NCBI RefSeq assembly: GCF_001194135.2
Contig: NC_068982.1
Span: 14,716,575-14,780,574 of the forward strand
Direction: 5' to 3'
DNA: 64,000 nucleotides
Source of the DNA: Octopus bimaculoides
Lineage: Eukaryota
Both the position numbers and the translations under genes were made by a program. This document shows positions 1 to 12,676 of the stretch, piece after piece; positions within the stretch are counted from its first letter, which is position 1; each line of letters opens with the position of its first letter. The notes under the pieces are model-generated. The model had not been told where the DNA came from and did not search any database. It was given only the letters and a program-made list of their open reading frames with translations.

Positions 1-192
1 GACCGGCCGCTGTGCCGGTGGCATATAAAAAGCACCCACTACACTCTCACAGTAGTTGGTGTTAGGAAGGGCATCCAGCTGTAGAAACCTTGCCAGATCA
101 GACTGGAGCCTGGTGCAGCCTCCTAGCTTGCCAGTCATCAGTCAAAGTGTCCAACCCATGCCAGCATGGAAAGCAGACATTAAACGATGACA

Positions 193-230
<38 letters not shown>
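1..230 (+). mobile_element. SINE family B with RTE-like tail ending in (GAT)n
   Basis: aggaagggcatccagctgtagaaacc...ccaacccatgccagcatggaaagcagacattaaacgatga(tga)n. Other copies at about 4553-4830(-), 12050-12132(+), 13893-14000(-), 29705-29850(+), 31873-31912(-), 42480-42710(-), 50470-50582(+). Confidence 0.8.
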
Positions 231-231
<1 letters not shown>

Positions 232-1241
232 CTTTTATTCTTTTACTTGTTTCAGTCATTTTGACTGTGACCATGCTGGAGCACCACCTTTTAGTTGAAG
301 AAATCGACCCCTGAACTTATTCTATCACTTTCTTTTGCCGAACTGCTAGGTTACAGGGACACACCAACATCAATTGTCAAGCGATGGTGGGGGGGGGACA
401 AACACACAAATATATAGATATATACTATGGGCTTCTTNNNNNNNNNNNNNNNNNNNNNNNNNNNNNNNNNNNNNNNNNNNNNNNNNNNNNNNNNNNNNNN
501 NNNNNNNNNNNNNNNNNNNNNNNNNNNNNNNNNNNNNNNNNNNNNNNNNNNNNNNNNNNNNNNNNNNNNNNNNNNNNNNNNNNNNNNNNNNNNNNNNNNN
601 NNNNNNNNNNNNNNNNNNNNNNNNNNNNNNNNNNNNNNNNNNNNNNNNNNNNNNNNNNNNNNNNNNNNNNNNNNNNNNNNNNNNNNNNNNNNNNNNNNNN
701 NNNNNNNNNNNNNNNNNNNNNNNNNNNNNNNNNNNNNNNNTATATTATATGTGTGCATGTAAGTATATATGTATATATCTATGTGTGTCATTGTGTTAGC
801 AATTATCACTCCATCACTGCTTGACAACCAGTGTTGGTTTGTTTATGTTCCTGTAACTTAGCAGTTTAGACTTCAAAACTAATTACAGGAGTTGATTTGT
901 TTTATTAAACCCTTCTAAGTGGTGCCCCAGCATGACCACAGTCCAATGACTGAAACACGTATAAGAGAAAAAGAAAAGCTATAGATACGTGTGTACATGT
1001 GTGTGTGTGTGTGTGTGTGCGTACATGCGCACATGTGTGTATATACTCGTGTGTGTGGACTTAATTAAACCCATACAGATCTCTAGAAGAATAACAGATG
1101 GGGTAGAAATTCACTTCATACACAATTGAAATAACTGGCGTGAAACATCAAATGTTTTCGATAGAGCTGTTAATAATTATCAATTTCCAACACTTACGAT
1201 CAGGCTTCCCATCATAATAACTCTCATTTCTTCTTCATTGA

Positions 1242-1277
<36 letters not shown>

Positions 1278-1841
1278 GTGTGTGTGAGTGCATGTGTGTG
1301 TGTCTGTGTGTGCATACATATGAGCAGGTGTTTATATGTATACATGTATGCATGTATGCGTATANNNNNNNNNNNNNNNNNNNNNNNNNNNNNNNNNNNN
1401 NNNNNNNNNNNNNNNNNNNNNNNNNNNNNNNNNNNNNNNNNNNNNNNNNNNNNNNNNNNNNNNNNNNNNNNNNNNNNNNNNNNNNNNNNNNNNNNNNNNN
1501 NNNNNNNNNNNNNNNNNNNNNNNNNNNNNNNNNNNNNNNNNNNNNNNNNNNNNNNNNNNNNNNNNNNNNNNNNNNNNNNNNNNNNNNNNNNNNNNNNNNN
1601 NNNNNNNNNNNNNNNNNNNNNNNNNNNNNNNNNNNNNNNNNNNNNNNNNNNNNNNNNNNNNNNNNNNNNNNNNNNNNNNNNNNNNNNNNNNNNNNNNNNN
1701 NNNNNNNNNNNNNNNNNNNNNNNNNNNNNNNNNNNNNNNNNNNNNNNNNNNNNNNNNNNNNNNNNNNNNNNNNNNNNNNNNNNNNNNNNNNNNNNNNNNN
1801 NNNNNNNNNNNNNNNNNNNNNNNNNNNNNNNNNNNNNNNNN

Positions 1842-1895
<54 letters not shown>

Positions 1896-2036
1896 GTATA
1901 TATATATATAAGGCCTCAATTCATTTATTGAACACTTTTTATTCTGTATCGAGATTGTTGTATACACTCACAGAAACACCACATACTGAGCAGTTTTGAG
2001 TAATGTATGGATGTGTATGTGTATATGTATGTATTC

Positions 2037-2620
2037 TTTTATTCTTTATTTGTTTCAGTCATTTGACTGTGGCCATGCTGCAGCAACACCTTTCATCGAG
2101 CAAATCGACCCCAGGACTTATTCTTTGTAAGCCTGGTACTTATTCTATCATTTTCTTTTGCTGAACCGCTAAGTTACAGGGACAAAAATGCACCAGCATC
2201 GGTTGTCAAGCAATGTTGGCGGGGAAAACAGACACACAAACATATACACAGACACACATACATTTATATATATGTATGAATATATATATCTATGTATATA
2301 TATATAATTCAGATGAATATGGTACCTAAGTTGAGACACCAGAATTTAGTACGGAATTATCCATACAATTTCAAAGTGAGGTGATTAAAATCAAAAATGA
2401 GCAACAAGGATATCGTTGCTTATTTTTGACATATATATAGATATATATATATGATGGGCTTCTTTCAGTTTCTATCTATCAAATCTACTCACAAGGCTTT
2501 GGTCAGTACAAGGCTATAGTAGAAGACACTTGCCCAAGGTGCCACGCAGTGGGACTGAACCTGGAATCATGTGGTTGGTAAGCAAGCTACTTACCACTCA
2601 GCCACTCCTGCGCCTATATA
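2037..2620 (-). mobile_element. SINE family A, full copy
   Basis: Reverse complement of the 12228-12676 head, core and tail around an internal TA-rich tract. Confidence 0.85.
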
Positions 2621-2879
2621 CATATAAATATATATGTATATTTTATCTTTTACTTTTTTCAGTCTGTGGCCATGCTGGGGCATTGCCTTGAATTGTTTAG
2701 TCGAATGAATCAATCCTAGTACTTCTTTTTTTAGGCCTGGTGCTTATTTTATCAATCTGTTTTGCTGCACTACTAAGTTACAGGGACACAAACACACCAA
2801 CACCGGTTGTCAAGCAATGATGTGGGGGGACAAACACAGATTCAAAAGCACATACACATGGATATATATATACAAATAT

Positions 2880-2946
<67 letters not shown>

Positions 2947-3101
2947 GATAGATAGATATAAAGAACATGAGTGGTTTAGTTCATTTGTGATCTAAATGAA
3001 TAGGTATGCCGAATAAGTGCTATAGATGTTCAGCCATTAGGTTCCAAGATCACAGCTAAGGCTCGATCTAGGGATCTGTGTTAGGGTTCTGTTATAGCAG
3101 G

Positions 3102-3267
3102 TATATATTATATTAGAGGAAAAATCAAAACCAAGGCACAACAAGTATCTCAAGTCATTTAGAATAATTTAATTAGGGTAAGGTGAATTACCCTAATTAA
3201 ATTATTCTAAATGACTTGAGATATTCATTCTGCCTTCGTTTTAATTTTTCCTCTAATATAATATATA
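3102..3267. repeat. Long near-perfect hairpin (arms about 80 bp, loop about 5 nt)
   Basis: tatctcaagtcatttagaataatttaattagggtaa / ttaccctaattaaattattctaaatgacttgagata. Confidence 0.9.
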
Positions 3268-3492
3268 GTAGAAGACACTTGCCCGAGGTGTCATGCAGTA
3301 GGACTGAACCTGGGACCATGAGGTTGGGAAGCAAGCTTCTTACCCAACAACCATACATATATACATACATGTATATATTCTTTATTACTATTTAGCTGAA
3401 GCTAATAAAGTGACTCAAATGCTGAGAGTTGTACATATACGTATCTTATTAAGGGAGTATGCAACTGATGGTTTCTATTCAGCTATGAATCA

Positions 3493-3554
<62 letters not shown>

Positions 3555-3942
3555 ATGCATTATTTGTTGTTTTTTTTTTTTTATATATAAGACTACATTT
3601 TCTAATTTTTCATATCCTAATTTAAGATTTGAGTGAAAAATAACCACTATTTATATTAAGCTGCACCATCAGGCCTTATTCCATCAACTCCAAGTTAACT
3701 TGCATGTTGTTGTTTAGTCCCAAAATCAATCATGAACAAATAAAACTATGATGAAAATCATTCCAGTTCTGATAGTCTTATCTAATACTTCCGTAAATCA
3801 GGAAAATATTGTACAATATAACCTTTATTTAAGATGTCAGACTGTGATTTGTGAGAGTTTTGGATACTGAGTAACATTGTGTTATAAATAAACCAAACTT
3901 GCTGTCTCTGTTGCTCCCTCTCTCCCTCTCCCNNNNNNNNNN

Positions 3943-3980
<38 letters not shown>

Positions 3981-6144
3981 CTGTGTATCAATTTGTTTCT
4001 TTCTCCTGTAAGCCAAGGGTTTTGGTTTAAGGTTACAGCTTATGGGCAGGGCCACAGTTAAGGTTAAGATTCATGGTTAGAGTTGAGATTAGGGTTTAGG
4101 CTTAAGGTTACAGTGAATCAGAAAAAGAGAAGTTAGAAAAAATTGAGTTAGTAAATTTATCTTTTATCAGAATCTTTCTCACTAAAAATACAGAACTCTG
4201 CTCATCGTTTATCAAGAAGTTTTACAATAATTTCAGTAAATTACTTTGCCAGGATAATTTTTTGATTCTTTAATCAAGTTTATTTTTGGATAGTAAAATA
4301 TAAACTAAAACTCAAGCAAAGATCTAATAATACAGAGGAATTCAAAAAGGGTAACTAAACGTACATTATCCTGTTTAATCTGGTTGGTAATAAAATACAC
4401 AACACACATTGTACAGAAAAGGAAAAGTTATTTGAGGACTAAAACAGCCAGTAACTCACTCTTTATGCTAAATTAAACTCCATAGGAGAAAATTCTGCAA
4501 TGAACAACACAAGAATTTAGGGAGAAAAACTAGAAGGTAAAAAGTAAACCACCACCATCATCATCATCATCATCATTTAACATCCATTGTCCATGCTGGC
4601 ATGGGTTGGACAGTTTGACCAGGGCTGGCATGCTGGGAGGTTGCACCAGACTCCAGTCTGTTTTGGCATGGTTTCTATGGCTGGATGCTCTTCCTAAACC
4701 AACCACTCTGAGAGTGTAATGGGTGTTTTTACATACCACTGGCATGGGAACCATTTGCATGACACCGTTATCTGCCATGACTGAGGTTTTACTTGGCTTG
4801 ATGGGTCTTTTTCTCAAGCATAGCATAATGCCAAAATATTTTTAAAAAAACAAGTGAAAGAAATAAAGGGTAACTTTTGAAAATATCACAACAAGCATGG
4901 AAAAAAGACAACAAAGAAGCCTCTATGCAGTAGTTCAAACTGCTAGAATTAGTAGACATAATTGCCTCAAATTATATCTTACTGCCTAAGAAATAAGACA
5001 CATTTAGCTAATGCTACTCTGAGAACTTTGTGCCCAGAAAAAATACGACCAATAATTCCTTGGTCATTACTCTTCTGTGTTAGGACTGACCTGAAATTAA
5101 CCACAACAGACTCCTGAAAAATACTGAGAGAAATTACTTGACAAAAAAACAGGGAAAAAAATTAAAACCCTACTAATAGCTAAGGTTGAGACATAAGACC
5201 TATGTTTACAGAGTAAGATCAACTTATAATAAAAACAAAGATGATTAAAAGTCTGTAAGCAGAAAAGAGAACAAAACAAAGGGTCAAAATGCTACCTAAA
5301 TTCTTTATAAACGCCAAGGATTGCATACATATTAGCAATTATTATGATATTTGTGGAAACTAGCATTTCAAGATGGAGAGCATCTGGCGAAGCAGCTTAA
5401 CATTTTATTACCAGACTGAGATAACTTGTAATATTGTGTTTATATTTAAATTATAATTTGGATTAAAATCTCATTAAAGTATGAATTATATCATGAGATT
5501 TCAGTTGGCCAGCACCAATATAATATACTATGAGATAATTTAATAAATTTCTCCAAATTTTATTATATTAAACATTGATTAAAACACATCAGCAGTCTAT
5601 TCATTAGAGTAAGTCACGAAAGGATTAACCGATGAGCTTTGCTGCTTGATTGAAAATACCAGTCATTAATCACCAGCAATTATAGGGAAAATAAGGTTGG
5701 TAGCTGATAGAATTGATAAAATACTGGAAAAAATAATGCTTTCTGATGGTATTTAGTTAAATTGTTTCATATTCAAAATTCAAATCTTATGTTCTACATT
5801 GATACAGTAAATGCCATTCAAGTATTAGAGTCAATTTAATTAGTCTGTAACAGTGGTTTCCAATCTTTTGTCATCACAATCCTTTGATTTTGATTTTGGC
5901 AAATCAATAATCTTCCCTGAAGCTGTTTTTTTTTTAAAATATACTCAATAAGGAACACTTAACATTTGATATTTTTCATCATGAACATTTTACTTTTTAT
6001 CAAATATTTCAAAAGTTAAATATTTTCTTCATTTTTGAAATTAATTCAAAATTACATCACTTTTGATTTTTAACCTGCTTTTGATATTTGTGTCCTTGTG
6101 ATAATATAAGAACCCATTAATTATAAGGAAATTATAAGGAAAAC

Positions 6145-6440
6145 AACATATGGTGTAGTGGTTAAGAGCACGGGCTACTAACCCCAAGATTCCAAGTTCA
6201 ATTCCAGGCAGTGACCTGAATAATAATAATAACAATAATAATAATAATAATAATAATAGTAACAACAACATAGAAAAATACCTTAGGAATGAGAACCCTG
6301 GTTCAAAATTTCCTCAAGACACCTGAAGAAGGCTGGAGGGTATATCAGCCAAAACGTTGTGTCAACAAGAAACAAGATGAGGACAAATATCCGTCAAATG
6401 TAAATAATGTAAATAATGTACATAATTCCTCATCTCTTAA
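6145..6440 (+). mobile_element. tRNA-headed SINE with an internal (AAT)n and a Penelope-like tail
   Basis: A-box tggtgtagtgg (6151) and B-box agttcaattcc (6195); the tail carries a hammerhead-like motif at 6318-6363. Confidence 0.7.
6318..6363 (+). ncRNA. Minimal type I hammerhead ribozyme motif with a G12A core mutation
   Basis: GACAC-CUGAAGA-A-GGCUG(10-nt loop)CAGCC-[A]AAA-CGUU/GUGUC: stem I 5 bp, stem II 5 bp, palindromic AACGUU stem III. Confidence 0.65.
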
Positions 6441-7886
6441 ATGTAGAATTGTATTAAACAAGATAGAAATGATGAACACTTGATTAAAACATAACTTATG
6501 TAGTCCTTGACTACTCACCTGCCATTCTGTCACGCCATAATTGGAACTTTGTCCTAAATATGTTAATTCTTCCCCCATCAAATCTTCTTGTATGTCCTGT
6601 AGACTTTGCATTTCCCTTTGAATTTTTGTTATGTTTTGAGATTTCTTCTCATAAAGAGTTGTTTCACATATCCAGGATATTGACTGCTTAATGTTTTTTC
6701 TAACTGACTGATATCCAGAATCTTTAAGGATACCGAAATCTTTAAATGCTCACATAATTACATACCCATCTTTGATGAAGTTGGATTTTTCTCGAACTAT
6801 TAATGAGTGACAATTAATGTTGCAGCTTTGTTCATGTGTAGCATGTTGAAGTAGTTTTTGCCGAGTAAGGCTCCATTGAACATTTAAGATAATGTTTTAC
6901 ACATGCATCATAAATAACAAATAAAAAAAAAAATATTTGATGTTTGTTTGGACCTATAACGTTTAAGCTTTATGACAAGTTGAAACAAGAACGAGTTTGC
7001 TACAATATATAAGAGCACAACTACTTTGTTGTGATGTTATCTCAATTCTGCATTAGCTCAGCTTTCAGTAGATTGTAAATCCTGTTCGTCTATTACCAAG
7101 TTGTCTCAACCAAAATCACTCGACTCACATGATTTCACTGAAGTTGAATAAATTATTGACACTCACTGAATGAAGAGAAAGATCATCATAACATCTAAAC
7201 AAATAATTTGATATAGTAATGAAAGTTGGCTCAATAGGGGGCTGTGGCTATCAGTAAACATGTATCAGTAAACATAACAACTCTTCTCTTGGTAGATATT
7301 ATTATCTGTCCTGTATTTGTGGTGGTTTAAGTTTTGATTTACAAATATTTCCCATCTATAAAGTAATAATTAAATATGGGATATGAAATATAATGCAGAG
7401 AAAAAAAAACTGTTTTAGCTTCTGTGATGAATAATTAAAAAGAAATTTTGACCTGATAAAACATGACAAGCTGTTGAACTCAAAAGATATTGATTTTGAA
7501 ATAGAAGTCCTACTTTTTTTTCTGCATAAAAAGGATTAAACTTCCCAATTAAGTGATTAGAATTATGTAACAGAGTGACAAATATATCTTGAAACTGGAT
7601 TATAAACTAGATGTTGCTGTATTAATGAGAGGAGAATATAATCATAGAATTGTTATAAATTATGTGACGTTTAACATTCAGCATCTATGATACAAATTAC
7701 AATGTTATTCACAAAAATGGCAGAGCAATTCTCAGTTCACCGAGAAATCTAGCGTACAAAATATGTGTTCACTAAGGTTCTGTCCTTAGACCACTTTCTT
7801 TTCATACATTATAAAAGAGGTTCAAGACTGAATAGCTAGAGAAACATTGATATACTGATTGTGTTGTCCTTATTGTATAGGATAAA

Positions 7887-8190
7887 GGCACATGGCTTAG
7901 TGGTTGGGGTGTTTAGTATGTAATCATAGGGTCATAGGTTTGATTCCCAGTAGCACATTGTGTCCTTGAGCAAGAGACTTTATTTCACATTGCTCCAGTC
8001 AACTCAGCTGGTAAAAATAAACAATACCTGTAATTCAAAGGGCCAGCGTTGTCACATTCTGTGTTATACCAAATCTCCTTGAGAGGTACATTATGAGTAC
8101 ACACATCTATGGAGTGCTCAGCCACTTGCATGTTAATTTCAGGAGCAGGCTGTTCCATTCATTGGATCAAGTCATTGTAACCAACAGAGT
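7887..8190 (+). mobile_element. tRNA-derived CORE-type SINE (family D)
   Basis: A-box tggcttagtgg, B-box ggtttgattcc, CORE tgtgtccttgagcaagagactttatttcacattgctccag; minus-strand copies at 17430-17740 and about 43290-43545. Confidence 0.8.
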
Positions 8191-8451
8191 ACTAAAAAAG
8201 AATTGCATAGAATATTCTAAACATGGAAGAATAATGTTGAACCAAAAAGCCTAAATGCCAATATGGCAAAGAACTAATTACTAAAATAAAGAAATAGATG
8301 TGAAATGAGAAATAGCCTTGCTTCACTTGTAGAAAGGGAGTCAGTAGGTATTTATTACTGTGTACTAAATGCCAACAATTGGGTAGTGTCTAGCAGATTA
8401 CAAGGAACCACAAGATTAGATGTAGCTCATGTAAAGAGAATATAGTAATAT

Positions 8452-9275
8452 AGTGCTACTTTGGTGTGTGATCTGAAAGGGAGGTTACTTTAGGTTACTT
8501 TTTAGTTTACTTTTCAATTTCTAAAAACCCGTAAGATGTTATGTAAAGATTTTTACAATGTGATCAGTGATGAGATGAAGGCAATTGCATTTTTACAAGA
8601 AACCAGCACTAAATTCACATCATTTCTTAAGAAAAAGAAAGGTGCCACTTTGGCGTGTGATCTACAATTTAAAGGGAGATTACTTTAGGTTACTTTTTAG
8701 TTTACTTTGTGTTAGTGCTGCTTTCCGTGTGATCTATGTGAACAAATTTACTTTGGTGGGTGATCTACACGTTTATTTTAATTATTATATGGTTTTCTTA
8801 TTATTAAAATAGTAAGAACAATTGCAGCGTGGAAGGTGTTTATAAGCCATTTAAGAAACACACAAAAACCGTTAGATTTACTTCAACATTTAAATTTAAT
8901 TTGCCAAAATATATTTGTCACTTTGAGACCGCGACCTGTTCACTGACAAAATTTCGTGCTGCATCCGAGAATTTTGTCAGTGAATAGGTCGCGGTCTCAA
9001 AGCGACGAAAATATTTTGGCAAATTAAATTTAAATGTTTAAGTGAATCTAACAGTTTTAGTGTGTTTCCTAAATGGCTTATAAACACCTTCCACACTGCA
9101 ATTGTTTTCGTTTCAGCACACGATCTCAGATCAGGTCACTTGCTATGCAAGTACATCTCCGTAAAATAGTAAGAATTTTGAAGAAAATACATTTACAATG
9201 CTAACTATGTATAAAATGATTTAAAAAGTAACCTAAAGTAATCTCCCTTGTGGATCACACGCCAAAGGAGCATTG
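8452..9275. repeat. Older element with inverted, internally duplicated termini, hosting the 8819-9161 insertion
   Basis: actttggtgtgtgatct...aagggaggttactttaggttacttttt occurs twice (8458 and 8647) and inverted at 9222-9275. Confidence 0.6.
8819..9161. mobile_element. Fold-back insertion (arms about 140 bp plus a 55-bp tail) with a 14-bp TSD
   Basis: Arms attgcagcgtggaaggtg...cactgacaaaat / attttgtcagtg...caccttccacactgcaat; TSD taaaatagtaagaa at 8805-8818 and 9162-9175. Confidence 0.85.
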
Positions 9276-9942
9276 AGAATAGTTAGCTGCAAGAGCACTT
9301 GTAAAATTTATTACATTTACTGTACTGCAGTAATGCTTTTAGAAAACAAAATCAACTGTTTTAAATTACTTCTAGAGTTATGAGTCCACAATTGTGTTGG
9401 ATTCAGGAGAAAGGCAAATTCATCACATTTACACTGTTAATGGCAATGAAAGAGACAACCAGGTCACACAACCTCCCCTTCCCCTTTTCTATAAAGTTGT
9501 AACTATGTGACTATAAACGAACTAAATAATTTTGAAATCAATTTTCCATTGCATATGTTACCACAGTTTAAATTGTTAGCAAAAATATGAAAACATATAG
9601 GGCATATATTTTGTTTCATATTTCATTGATTATTATATATAAATATAGATTTTAATTATATACACATGTATATACATTATACATATGTGCATATGTGTCT
9701 GTGCATGCATGCGTGTGTGTATATAAGTATGTATGTATGTATTAATCCAAGTAAAGAGCATTATAGATCCATTTCAGCCAATCTTACAAATCAGTTTTGC
9801 ACTGGGTATTAGGTAACTGGATATTATATAAATGCACATTTAAGTAACACCAAATGCTCTCCAGAGGTGGCAGATACAGAAAAAAACATGGTGACTACTC
9901 TCTGTTACTGGAGGTTAATTCTTAGACATAAATTCTATTTAT

Positions 9943-9989
<47 letters not shown>

Positions 9990-10454
9990 NNNNNNNNNNN
10001 NNNNNNNNNNNNNNNNNNNNNNNNNNNNNNNNNNNNNNNNNNNNNNNNNNNNNNNNNNNNNNNNNNNNNNNNNNNNNNNNNNNNNNNNNNNNNNNNNNNN
10101 NNNNNNNNNNNNNNNNNNNNNNNNNNNNNNNNNNNNNNNNNNNNNNNNNNNNNNNNNNNNNNNNNNNNNNNNNNNNNNNNNNGTTGTTTTACTCAGTCAG
10201 GGTTGAACAGGAGTTTAACAATAACAAAAATATGAGAGCCCAAAAAAGGTTTTATGTGTTTAAATGTATAAAAGATGCGTTTTTAATGTTTTATCCAGTT
10301 GCATGGTATTAATGGATCTTCAAATAAACATTTCTTCGCTTCAAATCTATCTCAATTTAGGGGCTCTTGTGGGCTTGGAGGTATATTCCAACCAATCAGT
10401 TCAGCCTAAACTCATCTCCAATAGACATACATTCATATAACACATGCACACATG

Positions 10455-10504
<50 letters not shown>

Positions 10505-12227
10505 GATTAATTGATAAGGGAAATTAACTTTCAATAACAGTCCATTTTGTTGTGAATAGAAAGCATGAAAGAGATATAGTTCACTGTTGAGAGAGAGAGA
10601 GAGAGAGTGGGGAGACATAGAAAAACAGACAGATAGACAGAGACAGACAGGCAGGTGACTGTTGAAATTTTAGTTTGTAATGTTAAACTCAAATCCTCCA
10701 GAGGGCCAAGGGGAGATAACAGAGAAGCTCCAATTGAGTATCAGCATCCATCTTTGAATTACCACAATGCAACAGTGTTGCCTCAGCAACTAAAAGACAT
10801 TATATTTATATTTGAATACATAAATATAAAGAAGAAGAAAAATTAGCAAGCACATATTTTCTGTTTTCATCAAGCTTATACGCAACAGACCTGCATAGAA
10901 GATCTGTTGTGGATTCAAATGAGATAGTTCTAAAATCTGTTTCTGAATGAAAACACAATATAATTCATTTGGGCATGAGCAATAGATATTTAGCTAATAT
11001 GGTAATGTGCAAGAATTAAAAGTGAATGATTATACACAGTTCTATCGATCAAGTCTTAGAGAAGAGTGATACTGAAATCCTTCAGAAATCAATAGCAAAA
11101 CAACAAATCTTCATAGTTGATTGAGAAATTGAGTAACAGAAATAGATAAATAATATAATAAATTAATATATATTCATCCTTAACCATGTATAATTTCACC
11201 ATTGGCAGTCATGCCATCCTCAAGACCATCATTTTCATCATGCTATTTGAGCATTCTTCTTTTTCCAAAACTTGTGTGTGTGTGTGTGTGTGTGTGTGCA
11301 CGCACGCACGTGTGTGCACGCGCGCACGTGTGTGTGTGCGTGTGTGCATGCTTGTGTGTGAAACTGTGTGTGTGTGTATATGCATTTGTGTGCATGGATG
11401 TGTGTGTTTATGTGTGTGTGTGAGTGTCTGTCTGTCTGTGCTTATCTGTGAATATTTAGAGGTGAAAACAAGAAGACAGAGTGCTCAATACAAGAAGAGA
11501 AATTTATCTTAGAGTTCATCCAAAACTAAAGCTTTACTCCATTCATTAAATGGAATTTCATTCCAGACATACTTTCGATTATAACATGATATATTATATA
11601 TTCTAAAAATCTCAACCATTAAGAACAAGCGAAATAGACCTATCAAAAGCAATTTAGGAATGTGTTAACCATTATCATTATCTTGAATCCATAACATAAA
11701 AATTATCATAAAATTGATATTTTATTATTGATTTTGGTTATTATGAAATATTATACAATACTGACATTTAATTAAGAACTGAGTCTGACAAGACACAGTT
11801 CTCAATTAGTAAGGCAGCTTTGTCTGCTGGAAGACAAAGCACAATGTGCTACTCAGCCTAATAGCAATGTTACTGCTGAAAATAACTAACAATCTCACTT
11901 ATAGCAATCGTTTTTTTAGTCTCAGGGTAGCTCCAGACAAGCATGGGTTAAGTGGTCAAAGGCATTCTAGCAATGACCATCCCATCTTATTTTCAAACAT
12001 AGTGTGTCTAAGGCTGTATTATCCAATGAGTCTATTGGACGATTTGACTGAGGTCCACCAGTCCTCAGTCAAATCGTCCAACCCATGCTAGTATGGAAAG
12101 CGGACGTTAAACGACGATGATGATGATGATGAAAAGTAAAGTGGAAACTGTTGGAATATGAGATCTGGTCCTTGGAACAAGATAAAGCTATCTGTAAGGC
12201 TTTATGAAAAAATTTGTGTTAACATAT

Positions 12228-12409
12228 ATCTGTGGTAAGAAGCTTGCTTCCCAACCACATGGTTCTGAGTTCAGTCCCTCTGTGTGGCACCTAGGGCAAG
12301 TGTCTTCTACTATAGACTCAGGCTGACCAGAGCTTTGTGAGTGGATTTGGTTGATGGAAACTCAAAGAAGCCCATTGTGTAATCATGCATGTGTGTGGTG
12401 TGTGTGTGT

Positions 12410-12461
<52 letters not shown>

Positions 12462-12676
12462 TGCATTTGTGTATGTGTCTTTGTATTTATCCCCCACAAC
12501 TTGGCAACTGGTGTTGGTGTGTTTACATCCCTGTAACCTAGCAGTTCAGCAAAACAGACCAATAGAATAAGTACCAGGTTTTAAAAAAGTAAGTACTTGA
12601 GTCAATTCATTCAATTAAAATTCTTTATGGCGGTGCCCCAGCATGGCCACAGTCTAATGACTGAAACAAATAAAAA
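12228..12676 (+). mobile_element. SINE family A (composite, internal GT microsatellite), representative full copy
   Basis: Head tgtggtaagaagcttgcttcccaaccacatgg, core gggcaagtgtcttctactatag, tail gcggtgccccagcatggccacagtctaatgactgaaac. Other copies at about 231-437(-), 782-968(+), 2640-2850 and 3266-3350(-), 12812-13148(-), 21845-21955(-), 29853-30015(-), 32620-32755(+), 53605-53760(+), 55036-55345(-), 57330-57466(-). Confidence 0.85.

Noticed and set aside
351-1999. Long ORFs with X runs (also at 9867-10312, 32110-32458, 38911-39393, 56556-57458, 60532-61145, 62328-63260)
   Set aside because: They read through N-gaps and TA/CA microsatellites; not coding evidence.
6151-6215. tRNA-like A/B boxes (also at 7887, 17700-17740, 35440-35500)
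   Set aside because: These are SINE heads followed by SINE bodies; no complete cloverleaf.
12040-12090. CTGAGGA-like motif on the minus strand of SINE-B copies
   Set aside because: Not followed by a stem II plus GAAA; not a hammerhead.
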